Of a stretch of DNA of 64,000 nt, positions 1 through 10,297 are shown one piece after another (position 1 is the first letter of the stretch; every line of letters starts with the position of its first letter). This DNA is from Bacteroidota bacterium (lineage in GTDB: Bacteria > Bacteroidota > Bacteroidia > Chitinophagales > Chitinophagaceae), in NCBI GenBank assembly GCA_013286835.1, contig JABDEZ010000001.1, forward strand, positions 2,916 through 66,915. Direction: 5' to 3'. Position numbers and translations under genes: made by a program. The notes beneath the pieces are model-generated. The model did no database searches, was not told the origin of the DNA, and saw only the letters and a program-made list of their open reading frames with translations.

Positions 1-3000
1 AAACTGTTACCCGGCTTACCATTGGTGAGTTGTGGGCAATTCCCATCATGCTGCGGCTGGCGCTGATAGAAAATCTGCGACGTGTGGCTGCACGTATAGC
101 AATGGATAAGATAGACCAGGAGCTGGCAGACTATTGGGCAGGGCAGCTTATAGCCTCTGCTGAAAAGGATGCAAAGAACCTGATACTGATCATTGCAGAT
201 ATGGCGCGGTCTGCACCTCCATTAGCCAGCCCGTTTGTAGCTGAAATGACCAGGCAATTGCAAGGTAAAGGGCCGGTACTATCCCTGCCGCTTACCTGGA
301 TGGAACAGCAGTTGTCAGAAGCTGGCATCAGCAGCAATGAGTTGGTACATCTCGAAAACCAGAAACAAGCTGCAGACCAGGTATCTATAAGCAATAGTAT
401 AGGTAGTCTACGCTTCCTGGGCTCTACCGATTGGCGCGACTTTGTAGAAACCCTGAGCAGTATAGACGAAGCCCTGCGTGAAGATATTGATGGTGTTTAC
501 AGCCGCATGGATTTTTCAACGCGCGACCATTACCGGCACGTAGTGGAGTCGGTTGCTAAAAGAAGCGAATTGACTGAAATGCATGTGGCGCGCACTGCTA
601 TTGCGCTGGCCAAAACTGCAGCAAATGAAGGGGGACAACCACGTACTACCCATGTAGGTTACTACCTGGTAGATAAGGGCCTTGAGCAATTAGAACGTTC
701 GGTAAACATACAATTTAGCTCCCTTAATAAACTACAACGCTGGACTGCAAAACACCCGTTGACTTTTTACGTATGGCCTATTATCCTCATGGCGCTCATG
801 TTCAGCGCATACGCCATATTGGTGGCTGCTAAATATGGAATGGATACCTGGTTATTGCCCATAATAGGTCTGCTTACATTCGTTTCTTCCACCCACCTTG
901 CAGTATCGATAGTGAACTGGCTGGCAACATTGTTGGTAAAGCCGCAATTGCTGCCGCGTATGGACTTCGCCAAAGGCATACCGGCACCATTACGTACCCT
1001 TGTGGCGATACCCACTATGCTTACTAATAAAAGTGGGATAGCAGAACTTGCCGAGGCACTGGAAGTGCGCTACCTGGCTAATAGTGACCCACACCTGCAC
1101 TTTGCTTTAGTTACAGATTTTGCAGACGCATTGCAGGAAAAAATGCCTGACGACGATGAGTTACTTGCGGCAGCAAAGGAAGCAATAGAACTGCTGAACA
1201 ATAAATATAAGAGTAGTGGCCCGGATATTTTCTTCCAGTTTCACCGCCCACGCAGGTGGAATCCCCGTGAAGGTGTATGGATGGGGTATGAACGCAAAAG
1301 AGGCAAACTTTCTGAATTGAATGAATTATTACGTGGTGGTGCAGCAGGGTGTTTTTCTAACATTGTAGGTGACTATAGTGTGCTTTTGAATATCAGGTAT
1401 ATTATAACATTGGATACCGACACGCAACTACCACGTGATGCAGCCTGGAAGTTTGTTGCCACAATGGCACACCCGCTAAACCAGGCTGTTTATGATGAGC
1501 AGAAGCAAAGGGTGACGCAGGGTTATGGTATATTGCAGCCAAGGGTAGCCGTAAGCATGCCGGGCTCCGAAAATTCGTTTTATGCACAGATGCACCAGAA
1601 TGATTCCGGGCTTGATCCATATACCCGTGTTACGTCTGATGTTTACCAGGACTTATTTGGCGAAGGTTCCTTCATAGGGAAGGGTATATACGATGTAGAT
1701 ATTTTTGAAAAAGCACTCAATAACAGGTTTCCTGAAAACCGTATCCTGAGTCATGATCTGCTGGAAGGTTGCTACACACGTTGCGGACTGATCAGTGACG
1801 TGCAACTGTACGAAGAATATCCGTCAACTTATCGCGCTGATGTAAGTCGCCGTCATAGATGGGTACGTGGCGACTGGCAGATAGCATGGTGGATGCTGCC
1901 ATGGATACCAGATAAGAACAGGCACCTGGTACCCAATAAACTTTCGTGGCTGGCAAGATGGAAGATATTTGATAACATACGCCGCAGCCTTTCTCCAATA
2001 GCGCTTGTAACATTGTTGTTGCTGGGTTGGACCATATTGCCGATGCCTTGGTTATGGACACTCCTGGTAACAAGTATGCTTTTGCTCCAAACCGTTATGA
2101 CCTCTATTTGGCATGTGGTGCACAAGCCTAATGATCTTATTCTTAAAGAACATTTACTGGAAGCATCGCGGTCTGCTTTTTCCAGTTTGTCGCATATCAT
2201 TTTCGCTATTGCCTGTCTCCCTTATGAGGCATATTATAATACAGATGCCATCATTCGTACCAATTGGCGTATGCTGGTCACCAACAGGGGATTGCTGGAA
2301 TGGACCCCTTCGACCAGCCCTAAGGTAAAAGGGCGCAGCACCCTTCTACGCACGTACCGCCGTATGTGGGTAGCCCCTTTCCTCTCTATTATGATATTGG
2401 CTTACCTGTGCAGTTATGATCCTATGACCGTAATTGTAGCTGCGCCTATACTTATATTATGGGCTGCATCGCCTGCTATAAGCTGGTATATAAGTCTTCC
2501 GCTGAAGCGTAAGGCGGCTAACCTAAGCCTGGAGCAACGTATTTACCTGCAAAAGCTGGCACGCAAAACCTGGGCATTCTTCGATCGTTTTGTGGGTGCC
2601 GAAGATAACTGGTTACCTCCTGATAACTACCAGGAAAATCCTGTAGAAGTCATTGCCCATCGCACATCGCCTACCAACATAGGCCTCTCCATGTTGTCTG
2701 GCATTACTGCATACGATTTTGGGTACATCTCAAATAAGACTTTCCTGCAACGAACTTCTGGTACACTGGATACAATTGACAAGCTGGAAAAATATCGTGG
2801 ACATTTATATAACTGGTACGATACGTTAACCCTGCAACCTCTATTTCCAAGGTATGTATCTACGGTTGACAGTGGCAACTTTGCCGGGCACCTGATCACG
2901 CTGCGGCAGGGCCTCTTTGAAATATTGTGGGGTAAAATTATAAACCCACGCATTTTTGAAGGGATTTCAGATACACTATATATAGTTGCAGATTACATAA

Positions 3001-6000
3001 AGACGCGCCAGGACAAACTGGAGAAAATGCGCATTGAACTGGATGTGGTGCGTGCCCAATTGCCACATACATTGAAAAATGTAAAGGTGGTATTAGATAC
3101 TATGGCTGCATATATTTTGCCGGTATATAATGAGCAAACCCGAGAAGCAGATGAAGGCAGTGAGTGGATATATAAACTTTATGCACAGGTACAGGATATC
3201 TTAAATGATATAAATGAGCTTGCACCATGGCTTCACATCGACATGCCAGTTGGTTTCGCATTTCCTGAGCTGGATAATCCTTCATTGGCAGATCTGGCAA
3301 AGGCTGAAGTGACATTGCTGCCCATGCTGGATGAGATAGATAAAGGGAACAATGAAACCTTAAAGCCATGGTCCTCTGCTGCCCGCATGCACATTACTGC
3401 GGGGAGCCGCGCGGCTGCAAGTCGTGTTGCGCTGATTGAAATAATGGGCAGGCAATGTATGGAGACGGCAGACATGGAATACGAGTTCCTCTATGATCGT
3501 TCTAAAAAGCTTTACCGTATTGGATATAATGTAGAAGAACACCGTAATGACCCCAGCTATTACGATCTGCTGGCATCAGAAGCCCGTTTATGTGTGTTTG
3601 TGGGAATAGCCCAGGGCAAAATGGAGCAGGAAAGCTGGTTCTCATTGGGACGCCTGCTTACTAATGCCGGTGGCGACCCTATATTGTTGTCATGGAGCGG
3701 AAGTATGTTTGAGTACCTGATGCCATTGCTGGTAATGCCAACGTATGATAATACGTTATTGGACCAGACAAATAAAGCTTCAGTAGCACGGCAAATAGAA
3801 TATGGCCGTCAGCGTGGCGTACCATGGGGCATATCAGAGTCTGGATACAATACCGTTGATACCAATCTTAACTACCAGTATCGTGCATTTGGTGTGCCCG
3901 GCCTGGGCCTTAAAAGGGGGCTAGGGGACGACCTGGTAGTGGCACCTTATGCAACCATGCTTGCATTGATGGTAGCCCCGGAAGAGGCTTGCAGGAACCT
4001 GCAGGCCTTGACCAATGATGGCTTTGAAGGTAACTATGGTTTCTTTGAGGCAATTGACTATACGCCAATACGATTGCCAAGGGGAGCAAGCTGTGCAGTT
4101 ATAAAGTCTTATATGGCTCATCACCAGGGGATGGGGTTGCTTTCTTTGTCTTACCTGTTGTTGGATAAACCTATGCAGCGGAGGTTTGAGGCAGAGCCAC
4201 AAATACAGGCAACATTATTGTTGTTGCAGGAACGCCTGCCAAGAGCTACCATATTCTACTCCCACACTTCTGATATAGTAGATACCCACGCAGAAGCCAG
4301 TGAACCACAGATGCGTATTATGAGCACGCCAAATACACCGGTGCCTGAAGTACACTTGTTATCCAATAGCAGGTACCAGGTGGTGATCACAAATGCAGGT
4401 GGTGGCTACAGCTGCTGGAAAGATATTGCCGTGACCCGTTGGCGCGAAGATACCACGCGCGACAACTGGGGTATGTTCTGTTATATTAAAGATGCTGAAA
4501 CAGGTGAGTATTGGTCAAACACTTATCAACCTACACTAAAACCATATAAGAGTTATGAAGCGGTATTCTCTATGGGGCATGCGGAATTCCGCAGGCGCGA
4601 TGCAGGTATAGAAACATATACGGAGATCGTAGTATCGCCCGAGGATGATATTGAAATGCGCCGTTTACGCATCACTAACCGCACGGCTGTACGCAGGGTA
4701 ATTGAGGTGACCAGTTATGCAGAAGTGGTACTGGCTACAAATGCTGCAGACATGGCACATCCTGCCTTCAGCAATTTGTTTGTGCAAACAGAGATCATAC
4801 CTAATAACCCGGCTATAATATGTACCCGGCGTAAGCGTAACGAAGATGAAACACCGCCATGGATGTTTCACCTGATGACCGTGAATGGTGCTGACGTAGA
4901 AATGGTATCGTACGAGACAGATAGGATGAAATTCATAGGTCGAGGTAAAACTGTTGCCAACCCACAAGCTATGGATGACAATGCGCAGCTTTCGGGTAGT
5001 GAAGGTTCTGTACTTGATCCCATTGTTGCAATACGCTATCGTATTGTATTAAAACCTAACCAGGCCGTGACGGTTGATATGGTGTTGGGCATAGCCGATA
5101 CGCGAGAGGTATGTACAGGGCTGATGGAAAAATATAAAGACAGGCACCTGAAAAACAGGGCATTTGAACTTTCATGGACACACAGTCATGTGTTGCTGAG
5201 GCAGATAAATGCACTTGAGGTGGATGCCCAATTGTATAGCAGACTTGCAGGTTATATTATATATTCTAACCCAACATTGCGTACCGATGCGGCTATGATC
5301 AACCGCAACAACAGGGGACAATCGGGCTTGTGGAGTTATTCTATATCAGGAGATCTGCCTATAGTATTGCTTCGTGTTCAGGATACTGAAAATATAGAGA
5401 TCGTGAAGCAAATGGTGCAGGCGCATGCTTACTGGAGGCTGAAGGGTTTGTATGTGGACCTGGTGATATGGAATGAAGACCATGGATCTTACCGCCAATT
5501 GTTGCAGGACCAGATATTGGGACTCATAACAGCAACAAGTGGTGTTTATAATAATGACAGGCCGGGTAATATTTTTGTACGCTCTGTTGACCAGGTGTCT
5601 GAAGAGGATCGTGTTTTGTTCCAAACAGTTGCCCGTGTTATTATTAATGATAGCGATGGCACACTGGTGGAACAAATAAACAGGCGTATGATAGTGAAGG
5701 CTTTGCCGCCGCTGTTGCTGCCTTCTTTAAACTATGCGCCTGAACGTGTGCAACGTTCGGTATTACCATCCAATCTGTTGTTCTTTAACGGATATGGTGG
5801 ATTTACCCAGGATGGCAAAGAGTATATAATTGATGTTAAAGGCGCTAAAACAACACCTGCACCCTGGGCGAATGTAATAGCCAATGCCGACTTTGGTACT
5901 GTAATATCAGAAAGTGGTGGTGCCTATACGTGGGCAGAAAATGCACATGAATTTCGCCTTACCCCATGGAATAACGATCCGGTAAGTGATACTTGCGGAG

Positions 6001-8171
6001 AAGCCTATTACCTGCGCGATGAAGAAACAGGCCATTACTGGTCACCTACACCTGCCCCGGGTGGCACTACGGAGTACATCATACGTCATGGTTTTGGATA
6101 CAGCGTTTTTGAACATGTAGAACATGGCATTCGCACTGAGATGTGGGTGTATGTTGATCTTGAGGCAAGTATAAAGTTTGTGGTACTCAAGATCAAAAAC
6201 TTATCGGGAAGGGCCAGGAAGTTGAGCGCGACAGGATATGTAGAGTGGGTGCTGGGCGATCTGCGTGCAAAGAATATGATGCATGTGGTAACGGATACAG
6301 ACCCTGTTAGCGGAGCAATGTTCTCCCGTAACCGTTACAATACCATATTTGCAGACATGGTAGCCTTTTTTGATGTAGATGATAGTAGTAAACGCACTGT
6401 TACTACAGATCGTACTGAATTTATTGGTCGTAATGGTACGCTGCAAAATCCCGAAGCCATGGGCAGGACAAAATTGTCTAACCGTGTAAGTAGCGGCCTT
6501 GATCCTTGTACTGCATTACAGTTGCCTTTTGACTTGTATGAGGATCAGGAAAAAGAAGTGATCTTCAGGCTGGGTACAGGTAAAAATGAAGAAGATGCAA
6601 GACGCATTGCACTACAGTTTAAAGGTTCAGCTGCGGCTGGTGAGGCGCGCACAAAGGTGCATGACTACTGGAATGAAACACTGAATGCTATACAGGTGGA
6701 AACCCCTGATAAAGCCCTGAACCTGGTAGCTAATGGTTGGCTTACCTACCAAACATTGAGCAGCAGGATAGTAGCCCGTAGTGGGTTTTACCAGTCAGGT
6801 GGTGCATGGGGCTTCCGCGATCAGTTGCAGGATGTTATTTCTCTTGTACATGCAAAACCTCAACTGGCACGTGCACAGATATTGCTTTGTGCTTCACGCC
6901 AATTCAGGGAAGGCGATGTGCAGCATTGGTGGCATCCGCCTACAGGACGTGGTGTGCGCACTACTTGCTCTGACGACTTCTTGTGGCTCCCCTTTATTAC
7001 ATCACGATATGTAACAGCTACGGGGGACACTGGGGTGCTGGATGAGCAGGTGAATTATCTTGAAGGACGTTTATTGACTCATGGTGAAGAGTCTTATTAC
7101 GATCTGCCACTGAAATCGGCACATACAGATACATTGTATCAACATTGTGTAGCAGCCATACGTAACGGTTTTAAATATGGAGAACACGGCTTACCACTTA
7201 TAGGCTCTGGCGACTGGAACGATGGTATGGATAAAGTAGGCGAAGAAGGGAAGGGTGAAAGTGTATGGCTGGCATTTTTCCTATACACGGTACTCAACAG
7301 GTTTTCTGTAGTTGCTGAAGCTCATAGAGATGCAGCATTTGTAACAGAATGTAAGAATGAAGCAGAAAAATTGCGGGTAAATGTAGAACAGCATGCATGG
7401 GATGGAGAGTGGTACCGGAGGGCTTATTTTGACGATGGCACCCCGCTGGGGTCATCAACCAATACTGAATGTCGCATCGACTCTATATCGCAAAGCTGGT
7501 CTGTGCTTTCGGGTGCAGGTGAGGCTGTACATGCGAAAACGGCAATGGCATCGGTAGATAAATACCTGGTACGGAGGGATAAACAGCTAATACAATTACT
7601 GGATCCACCATTTGACAAGGTAGGAAAGAACCCCGGTTACATTAGGGGTTATGTGCCGGGCGTAAGGGAAAACGGTGGCCAATATACACACGCAGCCATA
7701 TGGACCATTATGGCTTTTGCCGCCTTGGGTGATAATGAAAAGGTGTGGGAGCTCTTCTCTATGATAAACCCTGTAAACCATGGTAACAACGCCGCCAAAA
7801 TAGAGATCTACAAAGTAGAACCGTATGTGGTAGCAGCAGATGTTTATGCGGTAGCACCGCACAATGGACGTGGGGGATGGACGTGGTACACAGGGTCTGC
7901 AGGTTGGATGTACCAGCTTATAGTAGAATCAGTTCTCGGTATAAAACTGGAGGCTGGCAAATTGAGTATAAACCCATGCATCCCGGCTGAATGGGATTCC
8001 TTTAAACTGCATTATAGGTTTGGCAACACGTATTACCATATTACGGTACTACAAAAGGTTGTCAATAGTTCTTTGTTATTAGTGGACAATAAAGCTATTG
8101 TGGGCAATGTAATAGTGCTGGCAGATGATGGGAAACATCATACTGTGGAATTAACCGTTGTTAAAAAATAA
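1..8171 (+). CDS. ndvB: cyclic beta-1,2-glucan synthase-like giant enzyme (GT84-type glycosyltransferase plus GH94 phosphorylase-like C-terminal region), 5' end cut by the window edge
   Basis: The 2713-aa ORF has no in-frame stop between nt 3 and the listed TTG at 30, so it continues upstream. It has multiple hydrophobic TM segments, a DxD-type motif LDTDTQLP and the processive-GT motif RRHRWVRGDWQ. A long C-terminal region resembles cellobiose-phosphorylase/GH94 proteins (GGWTWYTGSAGWMY). Size and layout match ChvB/NdvB/Cgs. Confidence 0.85.
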   Translation, partial: TVTRLTIGELWAIPIMLRLALIENLRRVAARIAMDKIDQELADYWAGQLIASAEKDAKNLILIIADMARSAPPLASPFVAEMTRQLQGKGPVLSLPLTWMEQQLSEAGISSNELVHLENQKQAADQVSISNSIGSLRFLGSTDWRDFVETLSSIDEALREDIDGVYSRMDFSTRDHYRHVVESVAKRSELTEMHVARTAIALAKTAANEGGQPRTTHVGYYLVDKGLEQLERSVNIQFSSLNKLQRWTAKHPLTFYVWPIILMALMFSAYAILVAAKYGMDTWLLPIIGLLTFVSSTHLAVSIVNWLATLLVKPQLLPRMDFAKGIPAPLRTLVAIPTMLTNKSGIAELAEALEVRYLANSDPHLHFALVTDFADALQEKMPDDDELLAAAKEAIELLNNKYKSSGPDIFFQFHRPRRWNPREGVWMGYERKRGKLSELNELLRGGAAGCFSNIVGDYSVLLNIRYIITLDTDTQLPRDAAWKFVATMAHPLNQAVYDEQKQRVTQGYGILQPRVAVSMPGSENSFYAQMHQNDSGLDPYTRVTSDVYQDLFGEGSFIGKGIYDVDIFEKALNNRFPENRILSHDLLEGCYTRCGLISDVQLYEEYPSTYRADVSRRHRWVRGDWQIAWWMLPWIPDKNRHLVPNKLSWLARWKIFDNIRRSLSPIALVTLLLLGWTILPMPWLWTLLVTSMLLLQTVMTSIWHVVHKPNDLILKEHLLEASRSAFSSLSHIIFAIACLPYEAYYNTDAIIRTNWRMLVTNRGLLEWTPSTSPKVKGRSTLLRTYRRMWVAPFLSIMILAYLCSYDPMTVIVAAPILILWAASPAISWYISLPLKRKAANLSLEQRIYLQKLARKTWAFFDRFVGAEDNWLPPDNYQENPVEVIAHRTSPTNIGLSMLSGITAYDFGYISNKTFLQRTSGTLDTIDKLEKYRGHLYNWYDTLTLQPLFPRYVSTVDSGNFAGHLITLRQGLFEILWGKIINPRIFEGISDTLYIVADYIKTRQDKLEKMRIELDVVRAQLPHTLKNVKVVLDTMAAYILPVYNEQTREADEGSEWIYKLYAQVQDILNDINELAPWLHIDMPVGFAFPELDNPSLADLAKAEVTLLPMLDEIDKGNNETLKPWSSAARMHITAGSRAAASRVALIEIMGRQCMETADMEYEFLYDRSKKLYRIGYNVEEHRNDPSYYDLLASEARLCVFVGIAQGKMEQESWFSLGRLLTNAGGDPILLSWSGSMFEYLMPLLVMPTYDNTLLDQTNKASVARQIEYGRQRGVPWGISESGYNTVDTNLNYQYRAFGVPGLGLKRGLGDDLVVAPYATMLALMVAPEEACRNLQALTNDGFEGNYGFFEAIDYTPIRLPRGASCAVIKSYMAHHQGMGLLSLSYLLLDKPMQRRFEAEPQIQATLLLLQERLPRATIFYSHTSDIVDTHAEASEPQMRIMSTPNTPVPEVHLLSNSRYQVVITNAGGGYSCWKDIAVTRWREDTTRDNWGMFCYIKDAETGEYWSNTYQPTLKPYKSYEAVFSMGHAEFRRRDAGIETYTEIVVSPEDDIEMRRLRITNRTAVRRVIEVTSYAEVVLATNAADMAHPAFSNLFVQTEIIPNNPAIICTRRKRNEDETPPWMFHLMTVNGADVEMVSYETDRMKFIGRGKTVANPQAMDDNAQLSGSEGSVLDPIVAIRYRIVLKPNQAVTVDMVLGIADTREVCTGLMEKYKDRHLKNRAFELSWTHSHVLLRQINALEVDAQLYSRLAGYIIYSNPTLRTDAAMINRNNRGQSGLWSYSISGDLPIVLLRVQDTENIEIVKQMVQAHAYWRLKGLYVDLVIWNEDHGSYRQLLQDQILGLITATSGVYNNDRPGNIFVRSVDQVSEEDRVLFQTVARVIINDSDGTLVEQINRRMIVKALPPLLLPSLNYAPERVQRSVLPSNLLFFNGYGGFTQDGKEYIIDVKGAKTTPAPWANVIANADFGTVISESGGAYTWAENAHEFRLTPWNNDPVSDTCGEAYYLRDEETGHYWSPTPAPGGTTEYIIRHGFGYSVFEHVEHGIRTEMWVYVDLEASIKFVVLKIKNLSGRARKLSATGYVEWVLGDLRAKNMMHVVTDTDPVSGAMFSRNRYNTIFADMVAFFDVDDSSKRTVTTDRTEFIGRNGTLQNPEAMGRTKLSNRVSSGLDPCTALQLPFDLYEDQEKEVIFRLGTGKNEEDARRIALQFKGSAAAGEARTKVHDYWNETLNAIQVETPDKALNLVANGWLTYQTLSSRIVARSGFYQSGGAWGFRDQLQDVISLVHAKPQLARAQILLCASRQFREGDVQHWWHPPTGRGVRTTCSDDFLWLPFITSRYVTATGDTGVLDEQVNYLEGRLLTHGEESYYDLPLKSAHTDTLYQHCVAAIRNGFKYGEHGLPLIGSGDWNDGMDKVGEEGKGESVWLAFFLYTVLNRFSVVAEAHRDAAFVTECKNEAEKLRVNVEQHAWDGEWYRRAYFDDGTPLGSSTNTECRIDSISQSWSVLSGAGEAVHAKTAMASVDKYLVRRDKQLIQLLDPPFDKVGKNPGYIRGYVPGVRENGGQYTHAAIWTIMAFAALGDNEKVWELFSMINPVNHGNNAAKIEIYKVEPYVVAADVYAVAPHNGRGGWTWYTGSAGWMYQLIVESVLGIKLEAGKLSINPCIPAEWDSFKLHYRFGNTYYHITVLQKVVNSSLLLVDNKAIVGNVIVLADDGKHHTVELTVVKK

Positions 8172-8212
8172 TAGAGGAATAACTGAGGTATTTTATATGT
8201 AATCTTTTGATT

Positions 8213-8250
8213 AAAAAAGCAATGTAATCAGCTATTACATTGCTTTTTTA
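8213..8250 (+). terminator. rho-independent terminator after the glucan synthase gene
   Basis: The stem gcaatgtaat (8219-8228) pairs with attacattgc (8234-8243) across the loop cagct, followed by tttttta. Confidence 0.75.
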
Positions 8251-8290
8251 TTATTTTAGCCGTTTCATACACTAACCGTTAGACGAACGC

Positions 8291-10297
8291 ATGGTAAGAC
8301 CTATACTCTGGAATACATTTTTCATAATTTTTATTTTTTGTTTTTCTGTAATAAGTACTACAGCAAAAGTATTCATCCCAGGACCAGACTTTATAAAGGA
8401 AAATATAAATAAAACGTCTTATCCTTTAGATACTTCTGCACGCGCTGTAGTACTTTATGAGAAAGTTTATTTTACGGTCTATTATTCAAATAAATATGGA
8501 TTGTGTCAACATAAAAATATTAGAAAGATAGTTAAAATTCTTACTGATGCAGGAAAGGGCTATGGCGATATTAAAGACGAGGCTTATTATAACGAGTTTG
8601 CTTTTGCTGAGTTTACGAAACCAGAAGGCACGACCTACAACTGGGAAGGGAATGAGATAAAGAAAACAAAATTTGATGAAGCGAGTTCTAAATTGGAGTC
8701 AGAAAGCGATTATTTAGTAGCTCTTAAATTTTCGATGCCTGAAGTTAAAGCTGGATCTATAATAGAATATGAATATAGTTTAGATGAGCCTATCAAATAT
8801 ATTTTTGGGTATTGGGCTTATCAGGAATATTTGCCAAAATTGTATTCAGAAGTTGAAGTGACCACAGACGATAGAATGAGATATACAGACTTTGCCCAAT
8901 CAACAATTCCATTTAAAAAAATTGATGACGAGTCTGAAATTATAGATTCATTACTTCCATCTGCATACTACACGAATTTTATAACAGCTATTACTTCAGT
9001 TCATAGAAGATGGGTACGCAAAAATATACAAGCAGTTAAGGAAGAACCCTTCTTGTCGAATATCAAGAATTACACTGAAAAAATTTTATTTCAATCTAAT
9101 ACTTATCCGGCATACGTTGGCCGATCGATTGTCTATTTAAATTATGATCACACCTGGAAAGGTATTAATTATGGATACATACACAACGATTATTTCTTAA
9201 AAGAATTGAATGATAAAAATATTGATCTTCTTAAACTGACCTACCGAGTTAATGCCAACGTTAAGGATTCGACCCAAATGGCAAAAAACATCTTTAAGTA
9301 TGTAAGAGATAATTTTACAAATAATACATCTGGAATTAAGTATAAGCAAAGCTTACAAAATATTCTTGATGAAAGAAGAGGAAATGCGATGAAAATCAAC
9401 CTTGTACTAATTGGTATGTTACGTATGGCAGGCATACAATGCGAGCCAGTAATAATAAGTACAACGGCAAATATGAAATTAAAAGAAGACCTGCCCATGG
9501 CTACTTCTTTAAACTACATGGTTACTAAAGTTTATGTATCGGGTAAAGAATATTTACTCGATCCTGCTACGAAATATACTCCCTTTGGGGTCTTGAATTC
9601 CAATTGTTATAATGGATATAGCCGGGTTGTAACAAAGGATAGCGGTTATGCAATAAACCTGACGCCTGATTTGCTTGTAGATAAAGATGTAACGATAGTA
9701 AATACGGTTAATGCCGATACTAATAATTATTTACTAAAATTCCGTCACTTCTATGGTAACGTGCATGGCCCTCACAATAGGCGGGAATGGATAAAAGACA
9801 CGACGGTAGTGCGGGACGAGATTATAAAAAGCTTATCTGCGGGTTTTGAACTAGTGGGGTATAATATTGTGAACCTACAGAACCCAGATACTGCACTGGT
9901 TGTAGAATATACAGTGAAGGTGCCTTGGGCTGGCAATACTATTTACATGCCATCGGTATTAACCCAATTTTATAATGGCAATCCTTTCAAAGCTGCCGAA
10001 CGACAGTACCCCATAGAGTTCCCGTATGCAAGAGAGGATATTTACTCACTTAACCTGCAATTACCTGTGGGATATACATTTGCAGATTCGACAAGTTCTG
10101 CAGAATACAGATATGACGATAAGACAAGCATGCGTTACACAGCGGCGTATGAACCCACCAACAACATGTTGCAGGTAAGCGCCAGGCTATCACGACGGGA
10201 AACATATTTTGGTAGAGAAGATTATAAGTCATTGAAAAAGTATTTTGATGATGTGATGAACGCACAACAAACTGTTTATGCTTTTAAGAAACAATAA
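8291..10297 (+). CDS. secreted DUF3857 / transglutaminase-like-fold / DUF3858-type protein, paralog 1 (catalytic Cys and His positions substituted)
   Basis: 668 aa with an N-terminal signal peptide (FIIFIFCFSVISTTA/KVF). The central segment RRGNAMKINLVLIGMLRMAGIQ...SLNYMVTKV...YLLDPAT aligns by eye with the Cys-His-Asp core of paralog 3. It has Ala366 (nt 9386-9388) for Cys and Tyr409 for His. Confidence 0.7.
   Translation: MVRPILWNTFFIIFIFCFSVISTTAKVFIPGPDFIKENINKTSYPLDTSARAVVLYEKVYFTVYYSNKYGLCQHKNIRKIVKILTDAGKGYGDIKDEAYYNEFAFAEFTKPEGTTYNWEGNEIKKTKFDEASSKLESESDYLVALKFSMPEVKAGSIIEYEYSLDEPIKYIFGYWAYQEYLPKLYSEVEVTTDDRMRYTDFAQSTIPFKKIDDESEIIDSLLPSAYYTNFITAITSVHRRWVRKNIQAVKEEPFLSNIKNYTEKILFQSNTYPAYVGRSIVYLNYDHTWKGINYGYIHNDYFLKELNDKNIDLLKLTYRVNANVKDSTQMAKNIFKYVRDNFTNNTSGIKYKQSLQNILDERRGNAMKINLVLIGMLRMAGIQCEPVIISTTANMKLKEDLPMATSLNYMVTKVYVSGKEYLLDPATKYTPFGVLNSNCYNGYSRVVTKDSGYAINLTPDLLVDKDVTIVNTVNADTNNYLLKFRHFYGNVHGPHNRREWIKDTTVVRDEIIKSLSAGFELVGYNIVNLQNPDTALVVEYTVKVPWAGNTIYMPSVLTQFYNGNPFKAAERQYPIEFPYAREDIYSLNLQLPVGYTFADSTSSAEYRYDDKTSMRYTAAYEPTNNMLQVSARLSRRETYFGREDYKSLKKYFDDVMNAQQTVYAFKKQ

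Noticed and set aside
10278-10297. The 20-nt overlap between TGase-like paralogs 1 and 2 as a sign of a frameshifted or fused single gene.
   Set aside because: Each ORF is full-length relative to the other, with its own N-terminal signal peptide. The overlap is a normal start/stop overlap in different frames.
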